DNA of 64,000 nucleotides from an uncultured Desulfospira sp. (lineage in GTDB: Bacteria; Desulfobacterota; Desulfobacteria; Desulfobacterales; Desulfobacteraceae): contig OY760175.1 of NCBI GenBank assembly GCA_963663165.1, positions 2,496,001 through 2,560,000 on the forward strand, in the 5' to 3' direction. Position 1 is the stretch's first letter, and each line of letters starts with the position of its first letter. The notes beneath the pieces were generated by a model. That model did not search any database, had not been told where the DNA came from, and saw only the letters and a list, made by a program, of their open reading frames with translations. The position numbers were made by a program, and so were the translations under genes. Positions 36,548-45,566 of the stretch are shown in pieces.

Positions 36548-39500
36548 TGCTGTCAAAATTTTTCCTGGACCGGCCGGTATTTGCCTGGGTGATTGCCATT
36601 GTCATGATGGCGGCAGGCGGTCTTGCCATCTATAACCTGCCCATTTCCCAGTATCCGCCCATTGCCCCGCCCTCCATCTCCATTGAATCTTATTTCCCCG
36701 GGGCTTCGGCAGAAACCGTTGAAAACACGGTCACCCAGATCATTGAACAGAAGATGACCGGGCTTTCCGACATGATCTATCTGTCCGGCACCAGTTCCTC
36801 TTCCGGCCAGTCCCGCATCGAGCTGACCTTTGCCCCGGGAACCGACCCGGATCTGGCCTGGGCTAAGGTCCAGAACAAGCTTCAGCTGGCCATGGCCAGC
36901 CTTCCCGACGCGGTACAGCGCCAGGGTGTGACCGTGAACAAGTCCACCCGGAACTACCTGATCATCTTCAGCCTGATTTCCGAAGACGGATCCATGGACG
37001 GTACGGACTTAAGGGACTATGCCCAGTCCAACCTTGAAAAGATCCTTTCCCGGGTCCCGGGCGTAGGCGAGGTCAACAATTTCGGATCTCAGTACGCCAT
37101 GCGGGTCTGGGTCAATCCGGACAAGCTGACCAGCTACAACCTGACCATTGCCGATGTCATTGCCGCGCTAAAAATCTACAATGTGGAGGTATCGGCCGGG
37201 CAGTTCGGCGGGACCCCGGCCGTTGACGGGCAGCGGCTCAATGCGGCCATCATTGTCCAGCATTTGCTGCAGACCCCCAAAGAATTTTCAAACATTCCCA
37301 TCAGGACCAACCCGGACGGGTCCGTGATCCGGATCAGGGATATCGGCCGGACTGAGCTTGGGACGGAACGGTACGACATCCTGGCCGAATATAACGGCAA
37401 ATCAGCCGCTGCCATGGCGGTCCGGCAGGCCGCCGGCGCCAATGCCCTGAAAACAGCCAATGCCGTCCGACAAAAATTGGAAGAAATGGCCCCCTATTTT
37501 CCCCCGGGGATCAAGGTAGTATACCCCTATGATACCACCCCCTTTACCCGGGTGGCCATTCAGGAGGTGATCAAAACCCTTTTTGAGGCGGTGCTGCTGG
37601 TTTTTATCATCATGTACATCTTCATGGGCACCTTCAGGGCCACGTTGATCCCCACCATTGCCGTGCCGGTGGTTCTTTTGGGCACTTTTGCCGTCTTAGG
37701 GCTTTTCGGGTTTTCCATCAACATGCTGACCATGTTTGCCATGGTGCTGGCCATCGGGCTTCTGGTGGATGACGCCATCGTGGTGGTGGAAAACGTAGAG
37801 CGGATCATGGCCGAAGAGGGCTTAAGCCCCCGGGAGGCCACGGCAAAGTCCATGGACGAAATCACCAGCGCCCTGATCGGCATCGGCCTGGTCCTTTCCG
37901 CCGTATTCGGCCCCATGGCCTTTTTTCCGGGCTCCACCGGCATCATCTACCGGCAGTTTTCCGTCACCGTGATCGCCTCCATGCTCCTGTCCGTGGTGGT
38001 GGCCCTGATCCTGACCCCGGTATTGTGCGCTTCATTTTTAAAACAGGTGCCGGCAGGCCATGAGCCGGCCGACAGTGCCGTGTTTTTCCTTCGTCCCTTT
38101 TTCAGGTGGTTTGACCGGGCCTTTAACGGGTTCAGGGGGCTTTATCTCCGGCTGGTGGGCCGGATCCTGGGCCGGCGCCTCAGATACCTTTTTTTGTTTG
38201 TCCTGATTGTCTGCGCCATGGGCTACCTGTTCCGGGGATTGCCCACCTCCTACCTGCCCGACGAAGACCAGGGCATCCTGTTTGTCCAGGCCATTCTGCC
38301 CACGGGTTCAAGCCTGGAACAGACTCAGACAGTGATCAACAAGGTCAGGGACCACTTTCTGACCAACGAAAAAGAGAGTGTTGAATCCATCATGACCATT
38401 GCCGGGTTCAGCTTTTCAGGCCAGGGCCAGAACATGGCCTTAGGGTTTGTCAAACTCAGGGACTGGGACCTTCGCCATCGGCCGGACCTGAAGGTCAGGG
38501 CTGTGGCCGGCCGGGCCATGGGCGTTTTTTCACAGTTTGACGAAGCCATGGTATTTGCCTTTCCGCCTCCTGCGGTAATGGAGTTGGGCAACGCCACCGG
38601 GTTTGACTTCCAGCTCCAGGATCGGGGCGGTATGGGCCATGAAGGGCTTATGGCGGCCCGGAATCAGCTTCTGGGCATGGCCGCCCAGGACCCGCGGCTG
38701 GTCAGGGTAAGGCCCAACGGCATGTCCGACGTCCCGGAATATCACATCGACGTGGACTGGGATAAGGCAGGCTCCTTAGGGCTGTCGGTCAGCGATATCA
38801 ACACCACCATTTCAGCGGCCTTTGGCGGCTCCTATGTCAATGATTTTATCCAGTCCGGACGGGTCAAGCGGGTGTTTGTCCAGTCCGATGCCCCCTTCAG
38901 AATGCTTCCCGAAGACTTGAAAAAGCTGTACGTTAGGAACCGGGAAGGGAAAATGGTACCCTTTGCCTCCTTTGCCTCGGGAAAATGGGCCATGGGATCG
39001 CCGAAACTGGAACGGTTCAATGCCTTTCCCTCCATCAACATCTGGGGGGAGCCGGCACCGGGAAAAAGCTCGGGCGATGCCATGACGGCCATGGAGGAAC
39101 TGTCGGCAAAACTGCCCCGGGGCATCGGGTTTGACTGGACCGGCCTGTCTTACCAGGAGCGGATGGCAGGCTCCCAGGCCCCCCTGCTCTATGCGTTTTC
39201 CGTATTTGTCATTTTCCTTTGCCTGGCCGCCCTTTACGAAAGCTGGCCCATTCCCATCTCCATTCTCATGTGTCTTCCCCTCGGGGCCATTGGCGGGGTT
39301 ATTGCCGCCGGTTTAAAGGGGATGCCCAATGACGTCTACTTTCAGATCGGCATGCTCACCACCCTGGGGCTTACCACCAAAAACGCCATCCTCATTGTCC
39401 AGTTTGCCCGGGCCAGGGTGGATGAAGGTGTCGGGCTCATTGAGGCCACCTTAGAAGCCTCCAAGCTCAGGCTGCGCCCCATTATCATGACCTCTCTTGC

Positions 39501-39681
39501 CTTTGGATTCGGCATCCTGCCCCTGTATCTGGCTTCCGGGGCCGGTTCCGGTGCCCAGCGGGCCATCGGAACCAGCGTCCTTGGGGGAATGATCACATCC
39601 ACGCTGCTGGTCATCTTGTTTGCGCCCCTGTTCTACGTGATTATCTACAAGCTGTTCGGCAAACACCGAAAACGGGTATAG
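36547..39681 (+). CDS. acrB: RND efflux transporter, HAE1 (AcrB/MexB) family
   Basis: FF.DRPVFAWVIAI, GLLVDDAIVVVENVER, KNAILIV and RLRPIIMTSLAF motifs. Family-level assignment. Confidence 0.95.
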   Translation: MLSKFFLDRPVFAWVIAIVMMAAGGLAIYNLPISQYPPIAPPSISIESYFPGASAETVENTVTQIIEQKMTGLSDMIYLSGTSSSSGQSRIELTFAPGTDPDLAWAKVQNKLQLAMASLPDAVQRQGVTVNKSTRNYLIIFSLISEDGSMDGTDLRDYAQSNLEKILSRVPGVGEVNNFGSQYAMRVWVNPDKLTSYNLTIADVIAALKIYNVEVSAGQFGGTPAVDGQRLNAAIIVQHLLQTPKEFSNIPIRTNPDGSVIRIRDIGRTELGTERYDILAEYNGKSAAAMAVRQAAGANALKTANAVRQKLEEMAPYFPPGIKVVYPYDTTPFTRVAIQEVIKTLFEAVLLVFIIMYIFMGTFRATLIPTIAVPVVLLGTFAVLGLFGFSINMLTMFAMVLAIGLLVDDAIVVVENVERIMAEEGLSPREATAKSMDEITSALIGIGLVLSAVFGPMAFFPGSTGIIYRQFSVTVIASMLLSVVVALILTPVLCASFLKQVPAGHEPADSAVFFLRPFFRWFDRAFNGFRGLYLRLVGRILGRRLRYLFLFVLIVCAMGYLFRGLPTSYLPDEDQGILFVQAILPTGSSLEQTQTVINKVRDHFLTNEKESVESIMTIAGFSFSGQGQNMALGFVKLRDWDLRHRPDLKVRAVAGRAMGVFSQFDEAMVFAFPPPAVMELGNATGFDFQLQDRGGMGHEGLMAARNQLLGMAAQDPRLVRVRPNGMSDVPEYHIDVDWDKAGSLGLSVSDINTTISAAFGGSYVNDFIQSGRVKRVFVQSDAPFRMLPEDLKKLYVRNREGKMVPFASFASGKWAMGSPKLERFNAFPSINIWGEPAPGKSSGDAMTAMEELSAKLPRGIGFDWTGLSYQERMAGSQAPLLYAFSVFVIFLCLAALYESWPIPISILMCLPLGAIGGVIAAGLKGMPNDVYFQIGMLTTLGLTTKNAILIVQFARARVDEGVGLIEATLEASKLRLRPIIMTSLAFGFGILPLYLASGAGSGAQRAIGTSVLGGMITSTLLVILFAPLFYVIIYKLFGKHRKRV

Positions 39682-39732
39682 GGAGGGTAACCGTTTAACC
39701 GTTCGTCATTCATTTTTGAAAGGGGGAACCAA

Positions 39733-40452
39733 ATGTGGGAAACCACAAAGCACAACGCCGCCATTCTCGGCCTGTTTATCTGCATAGGCCTGAGTGCCTT
39801 AGGCTGGTTGCTGGGCAATGCCGCCCTTAAATTCAAAGCCTTTGAGCGGACCGTCACGGCCAAAGGGTTATCAGAGCATGAATACCCGGCCGATATGGTC
39901 ATCTGGCCGATTCAGTTTAATGTGGCGGGCAACGATCTCACCGCTTTATACAATGCCCTGGAATCCAACGCCCTGGCCATCAAAGACTTTTTGATAAAAA
40001 ACGATATTCCGTCCGATGAAATTACTTTTTCTTCACCGGCCATCACGGATAAATCCGCCCTGAATTACGGCACCGCATCAAGCCCGGATTTTCGCTATTC
40101 GGCTTTCCAGGCGGTCACGGTCTATTCTAAAAACGTTGAAAAGGTCCGCAAGCTCATGAGCAGCCTGTCCGAACTTGGGAAAAAAGGAATTGCCTTTACC
40201 GGCAACAACTATGAGGCCCAGACGGAGTATCTTTTCACCAGATTAAATGAAGTCAAACCCCAAATGATTGAAGAAGCCACCCGAAAGGCCAGGGAGGCGG
40301 CCCAAAAATTTGCAGCAGATTCCAACAGCCGGCTCGGCAAAATTAAAACTGCATCCCAGGGCCAGTTCAGCATCAAATCAAGGGATAAAAACAACCCGCA
40401 CATTAAAAAAGTCCGGGTTGTCTGTACCGTTGTTTACTATTTATCTGATTAG
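39733..40452 (+). CDS. SIMPL (DUF541) domain protein
   Basis: RTVT.KGLSE, AD..IWP, KP.MI.EAT..AR..A.KFA.DS and KK.RVV motifs. Confidence 0.88.
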   Translation: MWETTKHNAAILGLFICIGLSALGWLLGNAALKFKAFERTVTAKGLSEHEYPADMVIWPIQFNVAGNDLTALYNALESNALAIKDFLIKNDIPSDEITFSSPAITDKSALNYGTASSPDFRYSAFQAVTVYSKNVEKVRKLMSSLSELGKKGIAFTGNNYEAQTEYLFTRLNEVKPQMIEEATRKAREAAQKFAADSNSRLGKIKTASQGQFSIKSRDKNNPHIKKVRVVCTVVYYLSD

Positions 40453-40469
40453 CCTGGTAAAGACGGACC

Positions 40470-40688
40470 ACGGTTTCTGCTCATTTTTCAGCATTAGCGG
40501 AAAGAAAAGTCCGTGAAAAACAGATCAGGTTTCTCCAAGTAAAAACACTTGGGCCATCTCATCCTGATTTGAACTATCGAAGTACCCGCAAGTTTTATTT
40601 GGCTCAGGGTTTTTTACCTTTGGAAGAAAATTCTCTTTGGGGTAAAGTTACCCCCTGCCTTATAATGATAAAGGCTTTTAACAAATAG
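40470..40688 (+). pseudogene. C-terminal fragment of a GNAT acetyltransferase (not in the ORF track; no start codon)
   Basis: Manual translation: AERKVREKQIRFLQVKTLGPSHPDLNYRSTRKFYLAQGFLPLEENSLWGKVTPCLIMIKAFNK*. Confidence 0.7.
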
Positions 40689-40757
40689 CAGCTAAACAAT
40701 TCGCTGCTGACTGCCCCGGTTGGCTGAAATTGTCCTTCGACCTTAAAAAGGAACCCG

Positions 40758-41345
40758 ATGATAACCGTTAGACCTGAAATGAATAAAGACACAGCAGACC
40801 TGCAAAATGTTATAGATTCTGCTGTTGCAACACTCCGGCAAACTTATCGGCCCACCCAGAGGGCGATTGACAATAAGACTCAAAAAACCCTAAACTGCCA
40901 AAGGCTCGTTGCCACAATTGAGGACCAGGTTGTCGGATCAGTCCAATATTTTTTAGATCCCCCCTGTGTCGGTGTTATCGGCCTTGACGTTCATACAGAT
41001 TACCGGAAAAAAGGGGTTGCCCGCAGTTTAATCTCCCGCATCAAAGAAATCGGTATGAGCAAAAAGGCCATTGGGATTAAATTGCACACCATTAAAGAAA
41101 CCGGAAATATACGAATATTCAAACGCCTTGGATTTAAAGTTGTTTCGGAACGAATAGATGGTTTATTTGAAAGTGACCGGTTCGATACGCTGACCGATGT
41201 TGAGATGGTCATGGCGTTAACGGTTAATAAGCCCGTGGATCAAGTGACGGGCCGCCGCAATTCCGGGGACACGAAACAAAAATACTTACAATTAAGCAAA
41301 GTCCCCCGAATTACATGCAGACCCGTCGACCTGGGGGGGGCCTAA
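40758..41345 (+). CDS. GNAT family N-acetyltransferase (C-terminus runs into repeat-derived sequence)
   Basis: LDVH.DYRKKGVAR.L and N...F.RLGF motifs. Confidence 0.85.
   Translation: MITVRPEMNKDTADLQNVIDSAVATLRQTYRPTQRAIDNKTQKTLNCQRLVATIEDQVVGSVQYFLDPPCVGVIGLDVHTDYRKKGVARSLISRIKEIGMSKKAIGIKLHTIKETGNIRIFKRLGFKVVSERIDGLFESDRFDTLTDVEMVMALTVNKPVDQVTGRRNSGDTKQKYLQLSKVPRITCRPVDLGGA
41259..41312. repeat. GGGGAC-type palindromic REP-like element, copy A
   Basis: AATTCCGGGGAC-ACGAAACAAAAATACTTACAATTAAGCAAA-GTCCCCCGAATT. Confidence 0.88.
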
Positions 41346-41453
41346 CGACTTTTTGAAACACCCTGGTTTATAAAAGGATTTGGCTTTTACAACGCGCTCG
41401 GACGCTTGCACCGGTCGGTTGAGCCACCCGTTATACAAAACAGAAAACGACCA

Positions 41454-41993
41454 TTGAATACACAAAATTCTCATATAAAATTCTCCGCAACATTGGGGTC
41501 GACAGAGAAAATTATTACATATGCTGTTGGCATAGGGGTTGGGGTTGGGGTTCCATTAATACTTGCTATTATTTTTTATCTTATTTTGGGGGAACCTTAT
41601 ATTCTGCTATTACCAATGCCGTTTCTGATCGCAATTTCAATAAGTTATTTTTATTCTCCCAAAGGGTATTTCATTAAAGGCAACAAAATCCATATTCACA
41701 GAAAAATTGGCAATACAAAAGGTCTTCCAATAAATCAAATTCAAAGCATAATTTATCCAGCAACATACCCTTCAGGATTTACTGCGGGATTGTTATGTGT
41801 AGCAGGAATATTTGGAGCATTCGGCGTATTATGGAATAAATCTTGGGGTGTTTTTCAAATGTATGTTACGAACAATTCAAACAGAGTGGAGTTACTTACT
41901 AAAAAAGGAACTCACATAATTTTATCTCCAGATGACCCACAAGGATTTATATCAGAGATAAACAAAAGACTCGACGGAATTAATAATATATAA
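41454..41993 (+). CDS. Membrane protein with a bacterial PH-like domain (start uncertain; TTG 41454 proposed)
   Basis: Two TM helices, then G..GIFG.FG.......G.F..YVTN and I.LSPDDP..F. AT-rich. Confidence 0.65.
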   Translation: MNTQNSHIKFSATLGSTEKIITYAVGIGVGVGVPLILAIIFYLILGEPYILLLPMPFLIAISISYFYSPKGYFIKGNKIHIHRKIGNTKGLPINQIQSIIYPATYPSGFTAGLLCVAGIFGAFGVLWNKSWGVFQMYVTNNSNRVELLTKKGTHIILSPDDPQGFISEINKRLDGINNI

Positions 41994-42030
41994 TCCCCCA
42001 TCAACCCCTTTAAAGAATATTGGAGACTGT

Positions 42031-42477
42031 ATGAAAGAAACAAACAAGATTGGGATCATTATTTGTGACCGTTATCGGAGATGTGCCGGAGGAAAATGTT
42101 TCAGGTCACTTAAGAATCGGGAGGGGGCGTTCAGCAGATACAAGGATATGGAAGTTGAGGTTGTTGGCTACACCAGCTGCGACGGATGCCCGGGGGGCAA
42201 CATCGAGTATGCCGTGGATGAAATGAAAGCAAACGGAGCGCAGATAATTCATCTGGCAACCGGTTTGATTGTCGGATATCCGCCATGTCCCCATATCGTC
42301 TATTTTCATGACTATATTAAAATGAAATACGGCCTTGAAGTTGTATACGGCACCCACCCTATACCGGAAAAATATCTGAAGATGCATGAAAAACTTAAAA
42401 CGTGGAACGATAATGAATGGCAGGAAATCATTGGTTTAACAATGAATGATGAAAAAATGCGCTTGGCCTATAACTGA
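42031..42477 (+). CDS. CGGC domain protein
   Basis: IGII.C.R...CAGGKC, C.GCPG, CP and V.GTHP motifs. Confidence 0.85.
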   Translation: MKETNKIGIIICDRYRRCAGGKCFRSLKNREGAFSRYKDMEVEVVGYTSCDGCPGGNIEYAVDEMKANGAQIIHLATGLIVGYPPCPHIVYFHDYIKMKYGLEVVYGTHPIPEKYLKMHEKLKTWNDNEWQEIIGLTMNDEKMRLAYN

Positions 42478-42552
42478 GAGACCAGTTCCGGAAAAACAAA
42501 AATATTCGTAATTGAGTAAAGATACTCCCCTGAATTGCCGGCGGCCCGTTTG

Positions 42553-42790
42553 TTATGGAGCAGGCCCAACGAAATAAAATGAGGGGAAAATCTCGTTTCT
42601 AAAAGGCGCATGGCGAATTACCGGCGAAATTGGCGCCGGCAGAACAGAAAAGCTTTTCCACGGACATTTCGGGGAGTTGCACAAATAGCGCTGAACCCTG
42701 ATTTCTTTATCATTTAGGGGATTGTTCCTGGGGTAAGTTCCATTACGAACGGTTAAAGTACTCAAGCAATGGCAGCCACGGACTTGATTA
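42553..42790 (-). pseudogene. Zinc-ribbon fragment resembling transposon-associated (DUF6431-like) proteins
   Basis: R.GTY.R...I.VQRYLC..PKC...SFSVLP...P..RH pattern, truncated. Confidence 0.45.
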
Positions 42791-43088
42791 TTTTTCTTGG
42801 CAGCCGTCTTGTTTCTTACAATGTTGTTTTTTATAAGCAGGGGCCGGGGTTGTGGGTTGATATTTTTTTGGCGAACTTATCTATAAAAAAAGGGGGGGGA
42901 TGCCGAGGCATGAGCGGTTCCTGCTGTCTTTATCGATTGGGGATTTCTGATTGGAATTATCGTTCTTGGAGGTTGTTCTTTTCTCGCGACAGGCAATGAG
43001 GTATGAAAAGAATCGAATAAATATCAGGTACTGAAGTGTGGAAATCTATAAGAATAACTTGTTATGAGTAAGGATAGAGGGGATTATT

Positions 43089-43835
43089 ATGACAAAGATT
43101 GATGACATCTACGATCACCAGGTTGTAACTCCGAAAGCTAGAGGCAGTATTCATAAAACTATACTCACATGGTTTTCAAAAAAAAGTCCTGGTCTAGTAT
43201 TAGATGCTCCAGCTGGTTACGGTCATCTTAGCATGCATCTCAAAAAAATGGGCCATAATGTCATTTGTGGTGAAATTGATCCAGAAATATTCAAGGTCGA
43301 TGGGTTGCAATGTATTTATACTGATCTGAACGAAAGAATAGACTCCCCCAAAGATAAATTCGACTACGTTTGTTGTGTTGATGGTTTGGAACATATGACC
43401 AACCCTTACAGGGCAGTACAAGAGTTTTCTCGTGTATTGAAGCCGGGTGGTTATGGCGTTTTTAGTATTCCTAATTATTCTAACATGGAAAAACGTGCAA
43501 AATTCTTTTTCAATGGGTACTTAACAAAACCAAAATCCTTTGATGATTATATGCAATCTGGATGCAATCTTTTCAATTTTCACAACTCCCCCCTGACGAT
43601 TACTCTAATCGACTTAATTTTTAAAATTAATGGCTTTAAAATTGAAAATATTCTCAGAGATAAATTGAAATGGAAACAGTTCGTATGGACTCCTTTTGTG
43701 CTGTTGTTGAAGTTGCATGCCCATTTCCAATCAGAGAAAAAATGGAAAAAGTATCGATATGATCTTACACTAAAAAATGAGGTAATCTTAGGAGGCAATA
43801 CATTAATTTTTATTACCAGAAAAAAGGACTCATAA
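43089..43835 (+). CDS. Class I SAM-dependent methyltransferase (AT-rich)
   Basis: VLDAPAGYG and FD.V.C.DGLEH..NP.....E..RVLKPGG....S.PN motifs. Confidence 0.9.
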   Translation: MTKIDDIYDHQVVTPKARGSIHKTILTWFSKKSPGLVLDAPAGYGHLSMHLKKMGHNVICGEIDPEIFKVDGLQCIYTDLNERIDSPKDKFDYVCCVDGLEHMTNPYRAVQEFSRVLKPGGYGVFSIPNYSNMEKRAKFFFNGYLTKPKSFDDYMQSGCNLFNFHNSPLTITLIDLIFKINGFKIENILRDKLKWKQFVWTPFVLLLKLHAHFQSEKKWKKYRYDLTLKNEVILGGNTLIFITRKKDS

Positions 43836-43840
43836 CTACG

Positions 43841-43944
43841 AATTCCAGACATGAATTCCGGGTGAATTCCGGGGACACGAAACAGGCAAATTCCGGGGAC
43901 ACGAAACAAAAATACTTACAATTAAGTAAAGTCTCCCCCGAATT
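43841..43944. repeat. GGGGAC-type REP-like element, copy B, with three stacked partial left ends
   Basis: AATTCC starts at 43841, 43854, 43865 and 43889. The last is a full copy ending CCCCCGAATT. Confidence 0.88.
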
Positions 43945-43948
43945 ACGC

Positions 43949-44113
43949 TTCCGGTTCCCAGCGGGCCATCAGCACCAGCGTTCTTGGGGGAATAACCACG
44001 TCCACGCTGCTGGTCATTTTGTTTGCGCCCCTGTTCTACGTGATTATCTACAAGCTGTTCGGCAAACACCGGAAACGGGCATAAGGGGGTAACCATTTAA
44101 CCGCTGGTCATTC
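43949..44113 (+). repeat. Diverged direct-repeat copy of the acrB 3' end and downstream sequence (39546-39711)
   Basis: Shares TTGTTTGCGCCCCTGTTCTACGTGATTATCTACAAGCTGTTCGGCAAACACCG exactly, with scattered substitutions elsewhere. Confidence 0.95.
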
Positions 44114-44124
44114 TTTTTTGGCTA

Positions 44125-44250
44125 AATACTCATCACAAATGACCGGTGTTTTTTTTAGCCAATCCAATTTCACCTGGAGTTGACCAACTTTCTGGTATAG
44201 CCGATCTCTTTCAGTTTCAAGGGCTTTGCTCTGATTCTCTTGACCTTTCC
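44125..44250 (-). mobile_element. IS3-family orfA C-terminal remnant
   Basis: Minus-strand translation ETERDRLYQKVGQLQVKLDWLKK ends in an A-run, typical of the IS3-family frameshift window. Confidence 0.65.
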
Positions 44251-44385
44251 AAAATACAAAGCCCTGGAGACACTTGTTCTTGATCAATTTTCAAAAATAT
44301 TTTAAAAACCAAATAAAACTTACAACCAATTAGATTATTCAAAAGAAACAAAATTTGACCACAAACTATACAACCGGAATACAAA

Positions 44386-45348
44386 ATGATTCAAGAAAAT
44401 GCCCTCACACCTCAAAAAAGTAAATGCCCTTTGTGTAATTCCGAAGGAGTTTTTTCTCATGAAGGAAAGGATCTGTTACATGGAACGCAAGGGTCACATA
44501 CCTATATGAAATGTATGAATTGTGAAGCTGTATATCATCATCCAATGCCGGACAGCAAGACAATCGGCAGTTATTATCCGAATGTTTATTATCAGGAAAT
44601 CAATAATCGCAGAAAACATTCAAAACTTAAAAAAGGAGTGCTGAAGTATAAATATAATTACAAGCATTTAGAAATCCCTTTACTATATAAATTATTAGCA
44701 CCTGTTGCCTCACTTTTTCGTTATAAATCTTCAATTCCTTTTAAGCCTGATTATAAATGCCTTGATATTGGATGTGGAAATGGCAGGTTCATCCATTCAA
44801 TGAATTCTTTAGGCTGGAAGTTTGAAGGCGTTGAGTTTAGTCCGGTAGCTGTAAAAATATGTCACAAAGCAGGATTAAGTGTTTTTGAAGGTGAATTAAA
44901 AGATGCAGGATTCCCGGATAATAGCTTTGATATTATTAGTGCTCGTCATCTAATTGAACATATCCCGGATCCTAAAAGCTTGTTCAAAGAAATAAGCAGA
45001 ATATTAAAACCTGGTGGGGACTTTATTATCAGAACGCCTAATAGTAAAGCATTCGGGCGGAACTGGTTCGGAGTAAACTGGTTCAGCGATGATATTCCTA
45101 GACATCTCATTTTGTTTAATTCAAAAAATCTTACTATGCTTGCCTCTAAATACGAAATGCACCCCCAAAAGATAAAAACTTTTTCTTCACCGAAAAGTAT
45201 TCTTAACAGCATTGATTATTTAACCGGGAACACTCAAAAGCCTTCTCGAAAGAAGAAGATGTATAAATTACTTGGAAGAATCTTTGCAACATTTTCAACA
45301 TTAATAAATAGAGGGGATGAGCTTTTTATAATATTTCAAAAGAATTAG
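44386..45348 (+). CDS. Class I SAM-dependent methyltransferase with N-terminal zinc ribbon (AT-rich)
   Basis: CPLC..C..C, LDIGCGNG, H.IEH.PDP, LKPGG...TPN and D.PRHL motifs. Confidence 0.9.
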   Translation: MIQENALTPQKSKCPLCNSEGVFSHEGKDLLHGTQGSHTYMKCMNCEAVYHHPMPDSKTIGSYYPNVYYQEINNRRKHSKLKKGVLKYKYNYKHLEIPLLYKLLAPVASLFRYKSSIPFKPDYKCLDIGCGNGRFIHSMNSLGWKFEGVEFSPVAVKICHKAGLSVFEGELKDAGFPDNSFDIISARHLIEHIPDPKSLFKEISRILKPGGDFIIRTPNSKAFGRNWFGVNWFSDDIPRHLILFNSKNLTMLASKYEMHPQKIKTFSSPKSILNSIDYLTGNTQKPSRKKKMYKLLGRIFATFSTLINRGDELFIIFQKN

Positions 45349-45371
45349 TAACTGTTCAGCAGTGCGCCATC

Positions 45372-45495
45372 CAATGTCATTAACTTAAGCGTTAATACAA
45401 GAAACTGGAAACAAGAGACAAGAGGGTGAAGCGCCGTTGGCGCCCATTTTATAACCCCTGCGCGTTATGCCAAATTTCTTAAGTTAATGGCATTG
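45372..45495. mobile_element. 124-bp IS4-family-like MITE with a 10-bp target-site duplication
   Basis: TIRs CAATGTCATTAACTTAAG / CTTAAGTTAATGGCATTG (1 mismatch). GTGCGCCATC occurs at 45362-45371 and 45496-45505. Confidence 0.9.
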
Positions 45496-45509
45496 GTGCG
45501 CCATCTTCT

Positions 45510-45562
45510 AATTCGGGGACACGATACAAAACACTTACAACTAAGTAAAGTGCCCCCCTAAT
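45510..45562. repeat. GGGGAC-type REP-like element, copy C
   Basis: AATTCGGGGACACGATACAAAACACTTACAACTAAGTAAAGTGCCCCCTAATT. Confidence 0.85.
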
Positions 45563-45566
45563 TGCG

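Noticed and set aside
41340..41366. GCCTAAC as an attC R'' box, or GACTTTTTGAAACACCC as an IS end
   Set aside because: No convincing complementary partner was found for either reading, so it was left unassigned.
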